Origin: Raja brachyura | Lineage: Eukaryota | Assembly: GCA_963514005.1 (NCBI GenBank) | Contig: OY740801.1 | Coordinates: 16,554,001-16,618,000 of the forward strand | DNA length: 64,000 nucleotides | Reading direction: 5' to 3' | Shown here: positions 50,460-63,545 of the stretch, one piece after another | Position numbering within the stretch: position 1 is the stretch's first letter | How the letters are laid out: each line of letters starts with the position of its first letter | Made by a program: the position numbers and the translations under genes | The notes under the pieces: model-generated | What the model was told of the DNA's origin: nothing | Database searches by the model: none | Seen by the model: only the letters and a program-made list of their open reading frames with translations

Positions 50460-53030
50460 TTTTACCTCTGTGCCGCTTTCTTGTACTACCCATATTCCTT
50501 GGTTATCTTAGTTTCCAAAATGTATCAGTCCCAGACTTGAATATATGCAATGACTGGGTCTCCATATAACTAAGGATCCATGAAGAAATTTTCCTCATCT
50601 CAGTTCTGAGTGGCCAGCCATTTATTTTGAGACTGTGATCCTTACATTTAAACATTCCAGCAAGGGGAAATGCCACCTCTACGTAATCCTGCCAGGTTCC
50701 ATAACGAAATATACAACATTCTTGAGATTTTCTCTCATTCTTCTTAACTAGGGGAATATTGGCCACTGTACTTAACCTCTTCTCAAAGGGACAACTTGTT
50801 CAATCCTAAGGATCAATCTGATAAGCCATTTTGTCACAAACATGTCATTTCTTAAGAAGGAACACTAGACCTATGCACGATATTCGAAGTGCGGTTTGAA
50901 TAAGGCCCTTATAAATGCAGTGAGATTGCTGTACTTAAATTCTCTTACAAGAAAGGGCAATGTATGGTTTGCCTTCCTAATTGCATGCTATAACTGCACA
51001 TTCACTTTTGGCAATTCATGGACAGTAAAAACTTTAATAATCTGCTATCCGATTGTTTGGAAATCCAGATGGTTTGGCAGCTCACGAGATGCTGATGCTT
51101 GTGCTCCTTTCAACGCATTGGGCTCCAGGATTCATGAGCTCCCCTTAAACTTACCAGATTCTCTGAAATATTTACTCTCCTACTGTGTAAATCTAATTTA
51201 AAGTGTGTTCAGATATTAATAGGAATAACATACAATAATCCAGAGAACTTTTCAGTCTGTCACCATCAATAACCCAAACATGCCAGATTAACCGAGCTTT
51301 ACTGCAGAAGGATACATAAGTCCTCCTAACAATCAACACCTTTTAAACTCTCACTATTAGAATCAAACACTTTGGTTTACTGCTTTTACTACCAAAGTGG
51401 ATAAACTCACATTTTTTTACATTAGGCTCCATTTGCCATATCCAGGACTTGCTTAGTCTGTGTTTCCTGGGAGCTCCTCTGCATCTTCAATCCTACAGTG
51501 CAGCCCTTTATATGGAAAATAATGAGGGAACATATGACGTTATCCACCTGGGAAGGAAAATAAATGCCGTGTTTGCATGGACTGAGGCTACAAAATGTTG
51601 TGATGTAGAGTGATCTGGAGTCCTCGTACATGAAACGAGAATTGATGTGAAAACTCAGCAAGCAGCAAGAAAGCGTAATGGAACAATGTAGAAACAAGGA
51701 ACTGCAGATGCTGGTTTGTACAAAAGATAGACACAAAGTATTGGAGTAATATGGGGTCAGGCTGCATCTCTGGAGAAAACGTCTGGCAGCATCATTCTGA
51801 AGAAGGGTCCTGACCCGAAATGTCATCCATCCTTTTTCTCCAGTGATGCTGCCTGATACACTGAGTTATTCCATTTGGTTGTGTCTATCTACTGGAACAT
51901 TGGGTTTCACTGTGAGGCATGGACATATATATATGAAAATATACACCGCAAACTATTGAAGTCCCAGCACTGATCCCTGTGGAACACCACTGGTCACAGA
52001 CCACCAACCAGAATGACAATCTTCTGGATCAGTCTATCATGGGGGACCTTGTTGAATCATTTACTAAAGTCCATGTAGGCAACGTCCATCTCCCTACCTT
52101 CATCAATCACTTTTGTCTGCACCTCAAAAGAAACTCAATTAAGTTTGCAAGGCGGGTCTTATCCACATTGAAACTCTTCAAGAAACCCAACCCCACCTCA
52201 TTATGATTGCAAAATGCCCTAGCATAATAATATACTGATCTCAATCTCCTCCATGTCATTCTCCTTGGTGAACACCAGTGCAAGGTACACGTTTAATACC
52301 TTGCCCACATCCTCTCATTCCAAGCATCCCTCCTTCACTCTTGAGTGGTCCTACCCTCTCATTAGTTACCCTCTTGTTCGTATAAAATGGCTCTTTAGCC
52401 CTAATTGCAAAGGACATTTCACGGTCCCCTTTGTCCCTCTTATTCCCTGCTTGTTCTTTCTTGCTTTCTTTATATTCCTCAAAGGCCCTGTCTTTTTTTT
52501 CTCTTCCTAAACCTTACATATGCTTCTTTTCCTTTTTGATCAAATTGGATTTTCATCCAAAGTTCCCTTACCATGCCATTTTTGTCCCACCTCCTTACTG
52601 GAACATGATCAGCTGGTCTTTAAATGACTCACACATGTCAGATGCGTACTTACCCAATAACAGCTGCTCCCAATTTACTCATCCGGGCTCCCGCCTAATA
52701 GTGTTGTAATTTTCCCTCCCCCAATTTAGCATGTTCTCCAAAGTCCAGACCTATCCTAATCATAACTATTTTAAAACTTCTGGAGTTGTGATCACAGTTC
52801 CCAAAATGCTCTTCCATTTAAAGGTTAGTCAACTGACCAGGCTCATTTCCCAATACAAGGTCCAATATGGTCTCCATTGGTGATAGGACTCTCCACATAC
52901 TCATTCAAGTAACCCTCCTGGATATCACCGACACGTGCTGTCCTGTCTTGTATGAAGGATACCCCAGTCAAAATTGATGTTAAAGTCACTCAGTATGAGT
53001 ATGACAACTCTGTTGCTTCAGTTCTGTCTG
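50460..53030. mobile_element. Degenerate CR1 fragments in both orientations
   Basis: DHSLKINGWPLRTEMRK (50503-50766), plus other CR1 ORF2-like stretches (e.g. catttactaaagtccatgtagg). Confidence 0.6.
51688..51890. mobile_element. Penelope-derived fold-back repeat with a near-intact plus-strand hammerhead core
   Basis: CTGAAGAAGGGTCCTGACCCGAAATGTC at 51797-51824, with inverted arms. Confidence 0.8.
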
Positions 53031-53259
53031 TAATCATTTGCAATATTAAATGTGCATGAAGAACATCGATGGCACTGTAGCTATAGTTCACTTTGGTTGA
53101 AGAAGTAATCTAAAACATAGATCTCCAAAGTTTTTGAGCAGGGTATAATGTCTCGGATGAATCAATTAGATGATTGATTCATTTACATGGATTAATGCTA
53201 TGCTAGAATACTAAAATCAGGCCATAATTCAAGGAGTTGCAGATCAGAATTTGTATGCA

Positions 53260-53580
53260 CGGTATGAATATTGATTTATCTAACTTCAACTAACCCCGTC
53301 CCTCCCCCATGCTAGATCTTCGTCTAGTTCTACTGTCCTCCTGATTTGATATTACCGATTGTATGCCTCCTTGTCACATTCCCCTCAGCTAACAATGAAC
53401 CATTCTACATTTCTTTATCAGCATCGGCTGTGATCTGTCTTTTTATCCTTCCATAATCTCTAGAGTCCCTCTCCCCTGACTCAGTCTGAAGAAGAGTCTT
53501 GACCCAAAACATCACCCATTCATTCGATCCAGAGATGCTGCCTGTCCCGTTGTGTTACTCCAGCATTTTGTGTCTATCCT
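53260..53580 (+). mobile_element. Penelope-like 3' fragment (ORF end GMNIDLSNFN*, 3' UTR, decayed hammerhead)
   Basis: ggtatgaatattgatttatctaacttcaactaa, then a pyrimidine-rich UTR, then ctgaagaagagtcttgacccaaaacatc at 53486-53513. Confidence 0.75.
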
Positions 53581-54004
53581 TTTGTATCCGTGCCAATGGC
53601 TCCAATTATAGGAAGTTTGCCTTTTTCTGTACTTTTTGTAAGCTCTTTTGGCTCATCTTCCTTGGAGCTCCTGACTAATTGACCCTGCTCTCAGGCCTGT
53701 ACAGTCATCAAGTTCATCCAGCGGCCAGTAGAATTACCACAGAATAAATTATGGAAGGCAATTTACATTTGTGAATGACAGTGCATCTCACCAAGTCACT
53801 GGTCAGAAGGAGTGGGTTCACAAGCCAGCCTCAGAGTGTTTTGCAACAAACCACTGAGATCTATTAAAATTTGTGACAGCACATAATATTGCACAGGTTC
53901 AAAGATTGCAGTGCTGAAAAGTTGTGTTTTTTCTTGGAATGACAAATCTGAATTGGAACGATGTGGCCCACTTTCTCCTGGCAACTCACTAAATGAATGG
54001 TACT

Positions 54005-54165
54005 CCCATGACCTGCGTGGGTTTTCTCCGGGAAGATACAGTTTCTTCCCACAATCCAAAGAAGGTTGTAGGCTAATTGGCTTGGTATAAATGTAAATTG
54101 TCCCCTGTGTGTGTCCGATAGTGTTAGTGTGCGGAGATTGATAATGGCCGTGGACGCGGTGGGCT
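54005..54165 (+). mobile_element. V-SINE fragment
   Basis: tcccatgacctgcgtgggttttctccgg...tttcttcccacaatccaaaga...tgtaaattgtcccct. Confidence 0.7.
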
Positions 54166-54278
54166 AATAGTAAGCCACCTGGCTGAGGATACTGTCTATG
54201 AAATTACACTTCTAGTTTCTGTTTAATCATTGAGGCTGTGCCAATAAACAACCCGAGGTGACCAACTAAGAATAGCTG

Positions 54279-54463
54279 AAGATAGATACAAAATGCTAGA
54301 GTAACTCAGTGGGACAGGCAGCATCTTTGGACAAAATGCTGGAATCCCTCAGTGGGACAGGCAGCACCTCTGGATGCTGAGATGCTGCCTGTCCCGCTGA
54401 GTTACTCCTGCATTTTGTGTCTATCTTCAGTTTAAACCAGCATTTGCAGTTCCTTCCTGCACA
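54279..54463. mobile_element. Penelope-derived fold-back repeat with internal duplication
   Basis: TSD AACTAAGAAT(A/G)GCTG at 54264-54278 and 54464-54478. Confidence 0.85.
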
Positions 54464-56414
54464 AACTAAGAATGGCTGTCTTAAACTGTATGGGATTTTG
54501 TGGCTTACAGATAGAAAAACATAAACAAACTTAAAGCGTGATCAGTAATTCTAACAATTATATAAATAATTAGAGTTTGGCCATAACAGATTAGTGGTTA
54601 CTAAATGGTACTGATAACACTTCTTTTGCTCTTGTTGGATGCCCTCAGTCGGTGCTGCCTACCGTGGTTCCACAGCCTTCATTCGTACTTCAGTCATACT
54701 TTGAAAATCATGATTTGGACTTTCCTAAAATTGCCTCATTTTCTCTTATGTTTTCTTTTTATTGTGTTAGTATTTTTGCTGTGTGCACCTATGCCTCAAT
54801 ATTAAAGCTTACTCACAAAGAAAGAAGGCAATTGTTTGGAATTATTTCTGGATTGTATCTGTATTACATCTGCAAACGGTAGCGCACTAGGCTAGGTCCA
54901 ATTGCAGGGAAGTGAATATTATAGTTACCATAGCTACAACTTCCACTGGCATAGTATCCGTAATGCAGCACTGTCAACCAAAGCAATTTCCACAGAGCAA
55001 TGTAAGAAGTTGATTTGATTTGATTTCCTAATGGGAATTTTCTTGCTGAAGCTAACGTCATTTTCTTCGATGAGGTCCTAGGCAGTTTATTGTGGAAATG
55101 GAGTGGAACAAAGAAGGCGAGTAGCAGGTTTTGACAGCTTGTGAAACCATTCTTTCTCCCTCTCTATTTTGGCTCTATTTTAACTTCATCCAGCTGATTT
55201 CCCATCAAAAGTGTTGGGGATCTGTGAGAAATTACCACCTCATTTTGAGTAGTCCAGCAGCAGTGTGATCTATAAAAAACATCCAAGGAGATGAGCTGTG
55301 ATCGTAAGTGACTCATCACTGCCAAATTCCACAATGTAGGATAGCCAGTGAATCTGGGCCAATAAATATTTTTTGGTTGAGTTTATTTTTGACATTGGTA
55401 ACATTCTTTTTTTAAATACAGAGATTTACATTGATGTGTGCAGTTCTTGATCTCCTCCTGAGTCACTAGATCAAACAAATTGCACATTCTAGTATTGTGC
55501 TTTCTTTTCAATCTAGAATCAACATTATGCGCTGGTGGCCCAAATGCAACGAGCTGAGCAGAGTATTTAATTCATTACTCCGTAAAATAATAAGTGGGTT
55601 TGATGTCAGTTTATTGAATGAATAATGGGATTTTATATTTTGCTTCAGTGGATTTGCAGAAGCAGGAAAAATGGAAGCCTTGGTCCCAAAGTTTGTTGTA
55701 TGCTACCTATGATTTCTTTTCAACAACAAATGTGAGACTTTTTATACTCAGTTCTAAAGATAATCTGAACAAAATGGATCATTGGGTTGATGGAGGCAAT
55801 TGGAGATGACGTCACTTGTAAAATTGAGACTTTTTAACATTTATTGATTACTTTTATCGTGGTTTGTTTTGCCATCCATTTTTAAAAGTAGAAAATGCTA
55901 TTTCAAAACTATAAATGCAACTTGGTTGGGTTTGGAGTTTTTGCCATGATTGTCATCAATCAGAGTTGGAGAATTGGGACAGGGCAATGGGCTAGAGAGA
56001 GGATCACAGAGAACGGTTGGGTGCTAAGAGGATTGGGAATGAGTTAGAATATCAATTTTGGCCTGTGCTTGTTAATTTGTTGTGTACACTTCCAATTTTC
56101 ATACTACGGTTAACTTGGAATTCATTTCACACTCAATCTAAAAAGGAATCATTGAGTTGAATAGCGTGGATGTGTTTTAAGAGAAGCTACGTAACCCCAT
56201 GAGGGATAAAGTAAGAGAAATACATTGAAAGGGTGAGACAAAGTTGATTAGGATAAGATTCAAACACTGCATAAGCAGTGATCTTGTAGGTTCTTTCAGC
56301 CTCTATTTGGTCTTCTGAGTAAATACAGAACTTTCTGCATAAATTAAATGGCCTGTTTGTTGCTCCATGTGCAGAGTCACTTTTATAAATCTGAGCCCAT
56401 GTATTGAATGGCAG

Positions 56415-56505
56415 GACAAAAAAAAGCTGAAGTAACTGAGTGGGTCACTCAGCAACCCTGGAGAACATGGATAGGTGATGTTTTGGGTCGGGACCTTTCT
56501 TCAGA
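56415..56505 (-). mobile_element. Penelope-derived repeat (CpG-decayed)
   Basis: ggataggtgatgttttgggtcgggacctttcttcaga. Confidence 0.7.
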
Positions 56506-56714
56506 TCAAGATATTGAAAGACAATTCTTTTGCTCCTGAAGAAGAAATCTTGAACTGTGCAGCAACTCCTCTGGCCTTGTTTGTCACTGATAACACATTT
56601 ACATAGTCTTTTGAATTATTTGGCAATTCTACCTTGAAGTAAATCATCAGTCCTCTTTAGCTTTGTTTCAGGAGTTGTTACTGACTGCTTGTAATGGTGT
56701 CCAGTCGTGACGTT

Positions 56715-57585
56715 GAGTGTCAAGAGTTAAGGGTGTTTAATTGTCATATGTACCCGGAACAGAAGAATGAACTTACTTGAGGCAACGGAAGCGGTCTGTA
56801 AATCCAATAAACACAGAGAATATATGTAATGAACAAAAAAAAAAAGAATTGATAGTAACAATACTAGTGCAATGACCAGTAGTCTTTAGTTCAACCAAAG
56901 GTGCTCCATGCCATTCAATCACATTTTCCATCTCCCTCCTAAACTCTGGCTTACCATTACCCAATATTCATCGAACAGTGGTGGCATCATCAGGGTAATG
57001 ATGGCATTGGAATGGTGTCTGGCTACACAGTAATGAGCATTGAGTGAGTAGAGCAAGTGATTGATTATATAGCCTGGAGATACACCTGTGCTGATGGATA
57101 TAAAGGAGGATGTGTTGTTGCCAATTTGTACTGTTTGTGGTCTGCCAGTGAGGAAGTCAGCGATACAGTGCACAGGGATAAGTAGAAATCCGTGAATTTG
57201 ATAACAAATATGGAGGGGATGATGATGTTGAATTGTAGTCGATGAACAACAAACAGGCTGACGCACATGTCCCTATTGTCCAAGTGGTCCAGAGTGGAGT
57301 GCCAGCGAGATGGCATCATTGGTTGATCTGTTGTGGAGGTGAGCAAATTGTAATGGGTCCAGATCCTTGCCAAGGTAAGAGTTGATATGAGCCATAACCA
57401 ACCTCTTAAAGCACTTCATTACTATGGACATGAGTATACCAGTCAGTAGTCATTGAGGCATGCCACCTTGCTCTTCTTGGGCACGGTGAGAACATTGGAC
57501 ATTAGTAACTAGAGGTTGAAGATGTCCGTAAAATCTCCACCCAGTTGGTTCGCGCAGGTTTTAAGAACGTGGCCAGGTGCACCAT
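56715..57585 (-). mobile_element. Rex1/Babar-like LINE RT fragment
   Basis: DFLTGRPQTVQIGNNTSS.ISISTG (56919-57266) and LDHLDN.D..V..LF (57065-57373), frameshifted. Confidence 0.7.
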
Positions 57586-60252
57586 CAGAGCCATCGTGCT
57601 GCGACTTAATACAGAATCAGGAATGTGAATCAGACATATCTCACCATTTCATGGTCATGAACAATGTGAAGCATCACTTTATACTTAACCTGGGTTCATA
57701 GGTTCAAAGTAATACAGTGTCAGTGTTTAATACGGCATATTTAGTTACAATTGTCTTCAGCTATTCCCAGATTTTGAATTTATGCAGATTTAAAATTTAT
57801 AAGGCATTAATACCAAATTGTGTATCATTATGCAATTTCAGGAACTCAAAAGGTTGCATTCAAACATATTTGAGTGCGTTCAGAGCCATTCTATACTCTT
57901 GTGAATTTGGAAGCAATTTTGCTCTGTTCACCTTTTTAATTTGATCTAAATCCTGAGAATTGATCAGTTGTCTAGCAAAGAATTGATACACAAATGCACA
58001 AAAAACATAACCACATTTTGAAAAGCATGACTGACAAGAGTTTGATGATCGGTTCTTAATTGGGAGATGTAATTGTCATGTATTTTTATGTTTGTATCAC
58101 ATTGATCCTTCAGTGCTTTTTGCCAGATGGCAGTACAAACTTTTGCATCTTGAAAACTGCCTTGAGTTTGTTTGAAAAATTGCTGTGAAATGACAGTGTA
58201 TTTTGTTGTAAAACAGATGTTATGGATGATGCTCATAGCTTGCATTTTAGGTTTTAGTGTCTAAAGACGTTTTTACACACTGCCAATTGAATTATTCTTG
58301 ATCAGAGTGAAAACTGGTCGCAAGATAACTGCAAGATTCCGAATTGTAGCACTACTGCCAGACATTTTTGTATTATGTTATATTAAATGAAAAATATTGA
58401 GAAAGCTCCCAGACTCTTTCTTCATATGTTGCTGCTCTAAATGTACAAGCTCTGTAATTAATTTGTCGAGGATAATTGTGTGAGATTTACATTGTTGTGA
58501 ATCTTGATTGGGGCGCTGTAAATTGGATATCAATCCTCGGTTATTGAGCATTGTAACCCGAGGTCGGTGGAATTCTGAGTCGCTTCCTGTTTAATGTATT
58601 GCTACATGGTTTGTAGACAGTGGTGGGGTGTGAAAGTTTTATTATATAATCTGAGAGGGTTGAGAAGATGTCTTTCATGGACATGTTTTAAACAGACCCA
58701 GAAATTATTTAAATGTGCCAAGAAAGTGGATTCAGCCATCTGCATTCTTGATTACTTAAGATTCATTGGCATAGCAAAGATATTGGCATGTAAACTGACT
58801 CCTGTATCCTGTGGTCCAAATTAAACCCAGACAACATAAATCAGGTACTGTTTACTGCACATGGTAACAGTAACTTTTAAAACCTGTGGTTACTGTGCAA
58901 CTGCACCTTGAAAATACCATGTGTAACCTGACAGTATTCTGTGCTGGAATTCCTTTCACTTCCACTGATGCTGTACTTAACAGTCTGGAAATTGCACACT
59001 GTTTTCATCGCCAAAGCAGCTGAATACAATGTCGATTCTGACCTTGCTCAGGCAACACATGATGAAATAATCCAGAGATTTAAAGCATAGCAACTTTTGC
59101 CTTTGAAATTTGACCTAAGATATAATTAATCCAGGAAAATTAATGAATGGAAAAACCTGCAGTTCTGCTTTTATGTGTGTTTACATAATATGAATTTGAT
59201 ATAATGTGATCGATGAACTAGGGAACACTATTTATTTTATTTGGGTTGAATTGATTGCAATGTGATTTTGATCAGTAGTCAGAGAACCATTTATAAGTTA
59301 CTTTGGAGATTGACAAACAAAAAAAAAGCTGTCTTGGAAAAAAAATTCAGTGTTGGAAGAAACCGTTTTACATGTAACCTCCCTTCAGCAATCAGACACC
59401 ATTGTCTCTAAAGAACACAGTTGCTAGTTTCACCGCAGAAGGCCATTGAAATTGACAAGCAATCGCTTCTATTGATGCTTGTGCAATGATACTCTTTTAA
59501 ACAATGTAACAAACAACCCACCTTATTTTAGGCTTGCAGTAACAAATCTGAACTTGAAACTCTTGCACGGAAAATAACTGATATAACGAATCTGACACAG
59601 GTCCCCATTGACACGATTGTCTTCAGAACATGGTTTTCTATAATACAAGGTTCTTTAGGAACGCAAGTATCACGTTGTACTAGCGCTACCCATACTATGG
59701 GTAAAGGAGGTGCTGTAAGAGGCTTTCTCTCGTCTGGCTTACCTACATTTAGGTTCCCAATGTTGTAATTATGACCAACATCGTCCTCTTCCTCATGTTT
59801 ATTAATTTTAGTTTCACTCCTGATATGTGACCTCGGCATTTCTTCAGAAGTGAAAACTGGATTTTGCATTTTATGGACAATGCAGTGTGAAGGTGCTATG
59901 AAATCCTACACGTTGTATTGGAGATAACCATAGAGAGGACAACTCTGTGCTACCTTTGAGCTAATTCAGCTATCCTCTTCATTATTTCCCCGACATGATC
60001 TTCATTTTCCATCGTGTAATCTTGTAAATCTCTTTTATGCTACACTTTTGCCTTTTTTGCCACAATCAGCATCAATAAATCAAATATACTATTTGAAAAC
60101 CAATTGTAGAATTTTGAAAGAAAATTTAAATTCCATGTGATTGACATTTATTGGTAGTATGGAATAATATCTGTAGTCAAAAACATGATTTTTACATTTT
60201 AAAAATGGATCCGTTAAAACCAATAATTTCAAGCCCCAAGATTAATTTAACA

Positions 60253-60420
60253 GGACACAAAATGTTTGGGTATCTCGGTGGGTCAGACAGCATCTCTAGA
60301 GAACATGGTCCTGACCTGAGACATCACGTATCCATGTTCTCCAGAGATGCTGCTTGACCCACTGAGTTACTCCAGTACTTTGAGTCTTTTTTGTAAACCA
60401 GCATCTGCATTCCTTGTATC
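60253..60420. mobile_element. Penelope-derived fold-back repeat
   Basis: gacacaaaatg...cagcatctctagagaacatgg / ccatgttctccagagatgctgc...gtaaaccagcatctgcattcctt. Confidence 0.75.
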
Positions 60421-62417
60421 TCCATAATCAGAATAGCGATGTGTTTCAACCGTGGTTTGCCTTTGAATGCTCAAGCTTGTAATGATATGGGAATCATTTC
60501 AAATGGCATTTATGTAAAAACTCATAAACCTTGGAACTCTACCTTAACTCACAGTAAAAATTCAAAGATGATGATTTTCGTCTACTCATTATATTTTTCA
60601 ACTAATATAATATACTCAAATAAAGTCATTTTGGCTCAGATTTGGATTTCCAGATTTGGTAAAATACAATCAATACAGTAAATGCCATAACCTGGAGATC
60701 CAGGAAGGTTCAGGAGCTCGTAAATCCTAGTTCAATCCTTTGTAACATTGGATTGAATTCTGCGTTTCTCATTTTTAAAGATTTTTCGTTCTTATCCTAC
60801 AATTTGAATATATTTATTTATTTTTGTGATTGCCCCAGTTTTTCCTCTCTGAAGCATTTTCTTGTCACGATAGTGGCTGGAGAGCAATGTTGTACTCACT
60901 ATTATAATTCCAGATTTATTGGGAAATATTTAGTAAATTAGAGGAAAATTCTACGCTCACATTGAAAACAGACTAGGTGGAAATGTGATTATGGAATATA
61001 TACACAGGCATATAAAAGTCTAGCATTTGCCATGGATGAACTAAGGACACATGTTCTCAGTCCATTCTTAATGAAAAACAGCAAAACCAGAATCGTTATA
61101 ACTGTGTGGTATTTAAAAGGCAATTTTGTATTCTGTTTGATATGATGGATTACAGCGTGGTAATACTTTTAAATAAGACAAAAAGACTTATTTATTGAAG
61201 CTTATTTGCACGGATTGACATGATGATGTACGGTAATTTGCGGGTTTTGTTAGATCTAAGTAATTCGAGTAAATGTTAAATCGTCTGCTTGCCCTATGTA
61301 TTCAGCATGTGGCATTCAGGCTTCATCGTTGGTGATGGATGTTAATGTTGAAAACATTGACCTGAATCTTCCCTTAAATTATGAGTTGTCTGAGCTTTCT
61401 GGCTGTTTGTCTTCTAAACCTGGTGTTATACCGAGCAGGATTCCTGGATATGAAGCTTCTGTGGTAAGTAGGCACCACGCTGGTTGGTAAGGCCCTGCAC
61501 AAGGCAGGTGCTTGTCAATTACGTGGAAATCTCCACCCGAATTGCTTTGACGGCTAAGATAGCCAAGCCCTAGGCTTGACATTCACTGCCTTTAGATATT
61601 TACAGACATTCAAAAGTATTCACGCTTTCAAAAATGAAGCATCGTTAATATTAAGTGTTCTCAATATTTTTAAATAATTAAATTTTGCTTGCCCATACAC
61701 CTCACCACTCTTCTTTGCCATTCAAAAATTGGCTGGTCTCCCTGGAATAACATGCGTCTGGCCTGCCAAACCATGCAGAGTAAATGCAAGGAAGTCTGAG
61801 GAAGTTCACCCTCCCCCTTGGGCGTGCAAGAGGAGTGCTGTGCTGATCAGCCGTGGGGAAGTTCAGAATTTCTGCTTTTGTAAGGGTGCCCATATTCTCC
61901 ACTTAGTTGCGGAGGTAAATGCCGGGAGTTAGACCCCTGAGGGTGAGCAGTGGTTAGGCAGAGGAAACTGAAACTTTAATCTCCATGGTGGTCAGATTTA
62001 TCTTTGCAAGAGAATGGATTCTGATTTGATACGTTAGCAGTTGATGAAAGCCATAATTATTTTGAAAAACATTTTACAACCAAATGAAATGATTTAGCAC
62101 ACTGTGCCTTTGCTGGATTTGAGCTGTCTGTTTGGTTCTCAAATCTGCCCTTTACTGCAACATGTTGGTAAGTGCTCTTGTAAATTCCTCTTCCATCACT
62201 GATATTGGTGAAATATTTCATGCTCTGGAACTTTATACGTAGCAGTGTTATGCTATCTAGTTCTCATTTGTGGATCTTGGGTTCTTCTTTCAACTTTGTA
62301 TTATTCTGATTTGTAGTGGATTAACTCTCATAATTTTAAATATCCAGTTAGACCTCCACTTAATCATCTTTGCTGTAATGATATAATTTCTGATAACAAC
62401 AACTCTAATTTATATAG

Positions 62418-62742
62418 TGTAGGAAGGAAGTGCAGATGCTGTTTTTTATTGGAGATATACACAAAGTGCTGGAGTAAATCATCGGGTCATGCAGCAGAGG
62501 CAATAACGAAGTGATGCAGGGATGCAAACAGTGGAACAGCTCCACCCCAGCCAACAATGTGCCATTATGGACTCCACCCTTCCTTGGTCATCTGTTACCG
62601 GCCCTGACTTGTCTAGCCTTTTCCTACGTCCCCTTCCCTCCCCGCTACTTTCAGTCTGAAGAAGAGTTCCGACCCAAAACGTCACCCAGCCTTTTTCTCC
62701 AGAGATGTTGCCTGACCTGTTAAGTTACTCCAGGACTTTGTG
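62418..62742. mobile_element. Penelope-derived element with inverted terminus
   Basis: Perfect 14-bp TSD TCTAATTTATATAG (62404-62417 and 62743-62756). Decayed plus-strand core at 62656-62683. Confidence 0.85.
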
Positions 62743-63384
62743 TCTAATTTATATAGCATCTGTAATGTAGAAGAATGTCCCATGACTTCAAAAGAAAATT
62801 ATAAAGCACAACTTGCTACTTGCGGGCAGAGGTAAATGTTAGAGCAATTATCCAAAAGCTTGGCAAAAGCTAGGCTTCAAAGAATGTGCAAATTCTCACA
62901 ACACAGGCAAAGACATCCAACATCGTTCCGCATCCAAGAAAGAAAAACAGTTATGATGGTCTAAAAATTAATAACCTCAGAATAAGTTAATCTGCTCATT
63001 TTACCAGTGAATGTACATAACAAATCTGTGATTTATGTAATGAGATCAAACAATTGAGTCAAATAAATATTTTTTTACATTTGCAGTAATATGGTGAGCT
63101 GCATATGAAATCAATATTTAGCACTTGTGGAAATTAGCTAACACATTCAACAGCACCAACTGCAGCAAAGCTAATTTGTAAATATATTTAAAATATTTGA
63201 TAGTTCTATTTACTTATGAAATGTTAATTGGTTAATAATGATTATTTGGGAAGTAAATATTAGATTAAAAATGATTATCCTTTTGTACTATATTGATGTA
63301 ACACTAATTTTATTATTGCTTGTAGGAGCCCCATGCTATGTTTATGTCCAATTGTTAGATAAGAGGATATTGCATTTTGTGATG

Positions 63385-63545
63385 TTGGGCAGCATCTCTG
63401 GAGAAAATGGATGCATGATGTTTCAGAAATTTTCCCAAAATGTCACCTGTTTTCTCCAGAGATGCTTCCTGTCCCTCTGAGTTACTCCAGTATTTTGCGT
63501 TTATCTTTGGTATAAACCAGTATCTGCAGTTCCTTTTTATTACAT
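63385..63545. mobile_element. Penelope-derived fold-back repeat
   Basis: ggcagcatctctggagaaaa / tttctccagagatgc...gagttactccag...taaaccagtatctgcagttcc. Confidence 0.7.

Noticed and set aside
59528-59869. 113-aa minus-strand ORF with an acidic patch
   Set aside because: No recognisable domain or splice structure; possibly a decayed Tigger/pogo-like remnant, which I cannot support.
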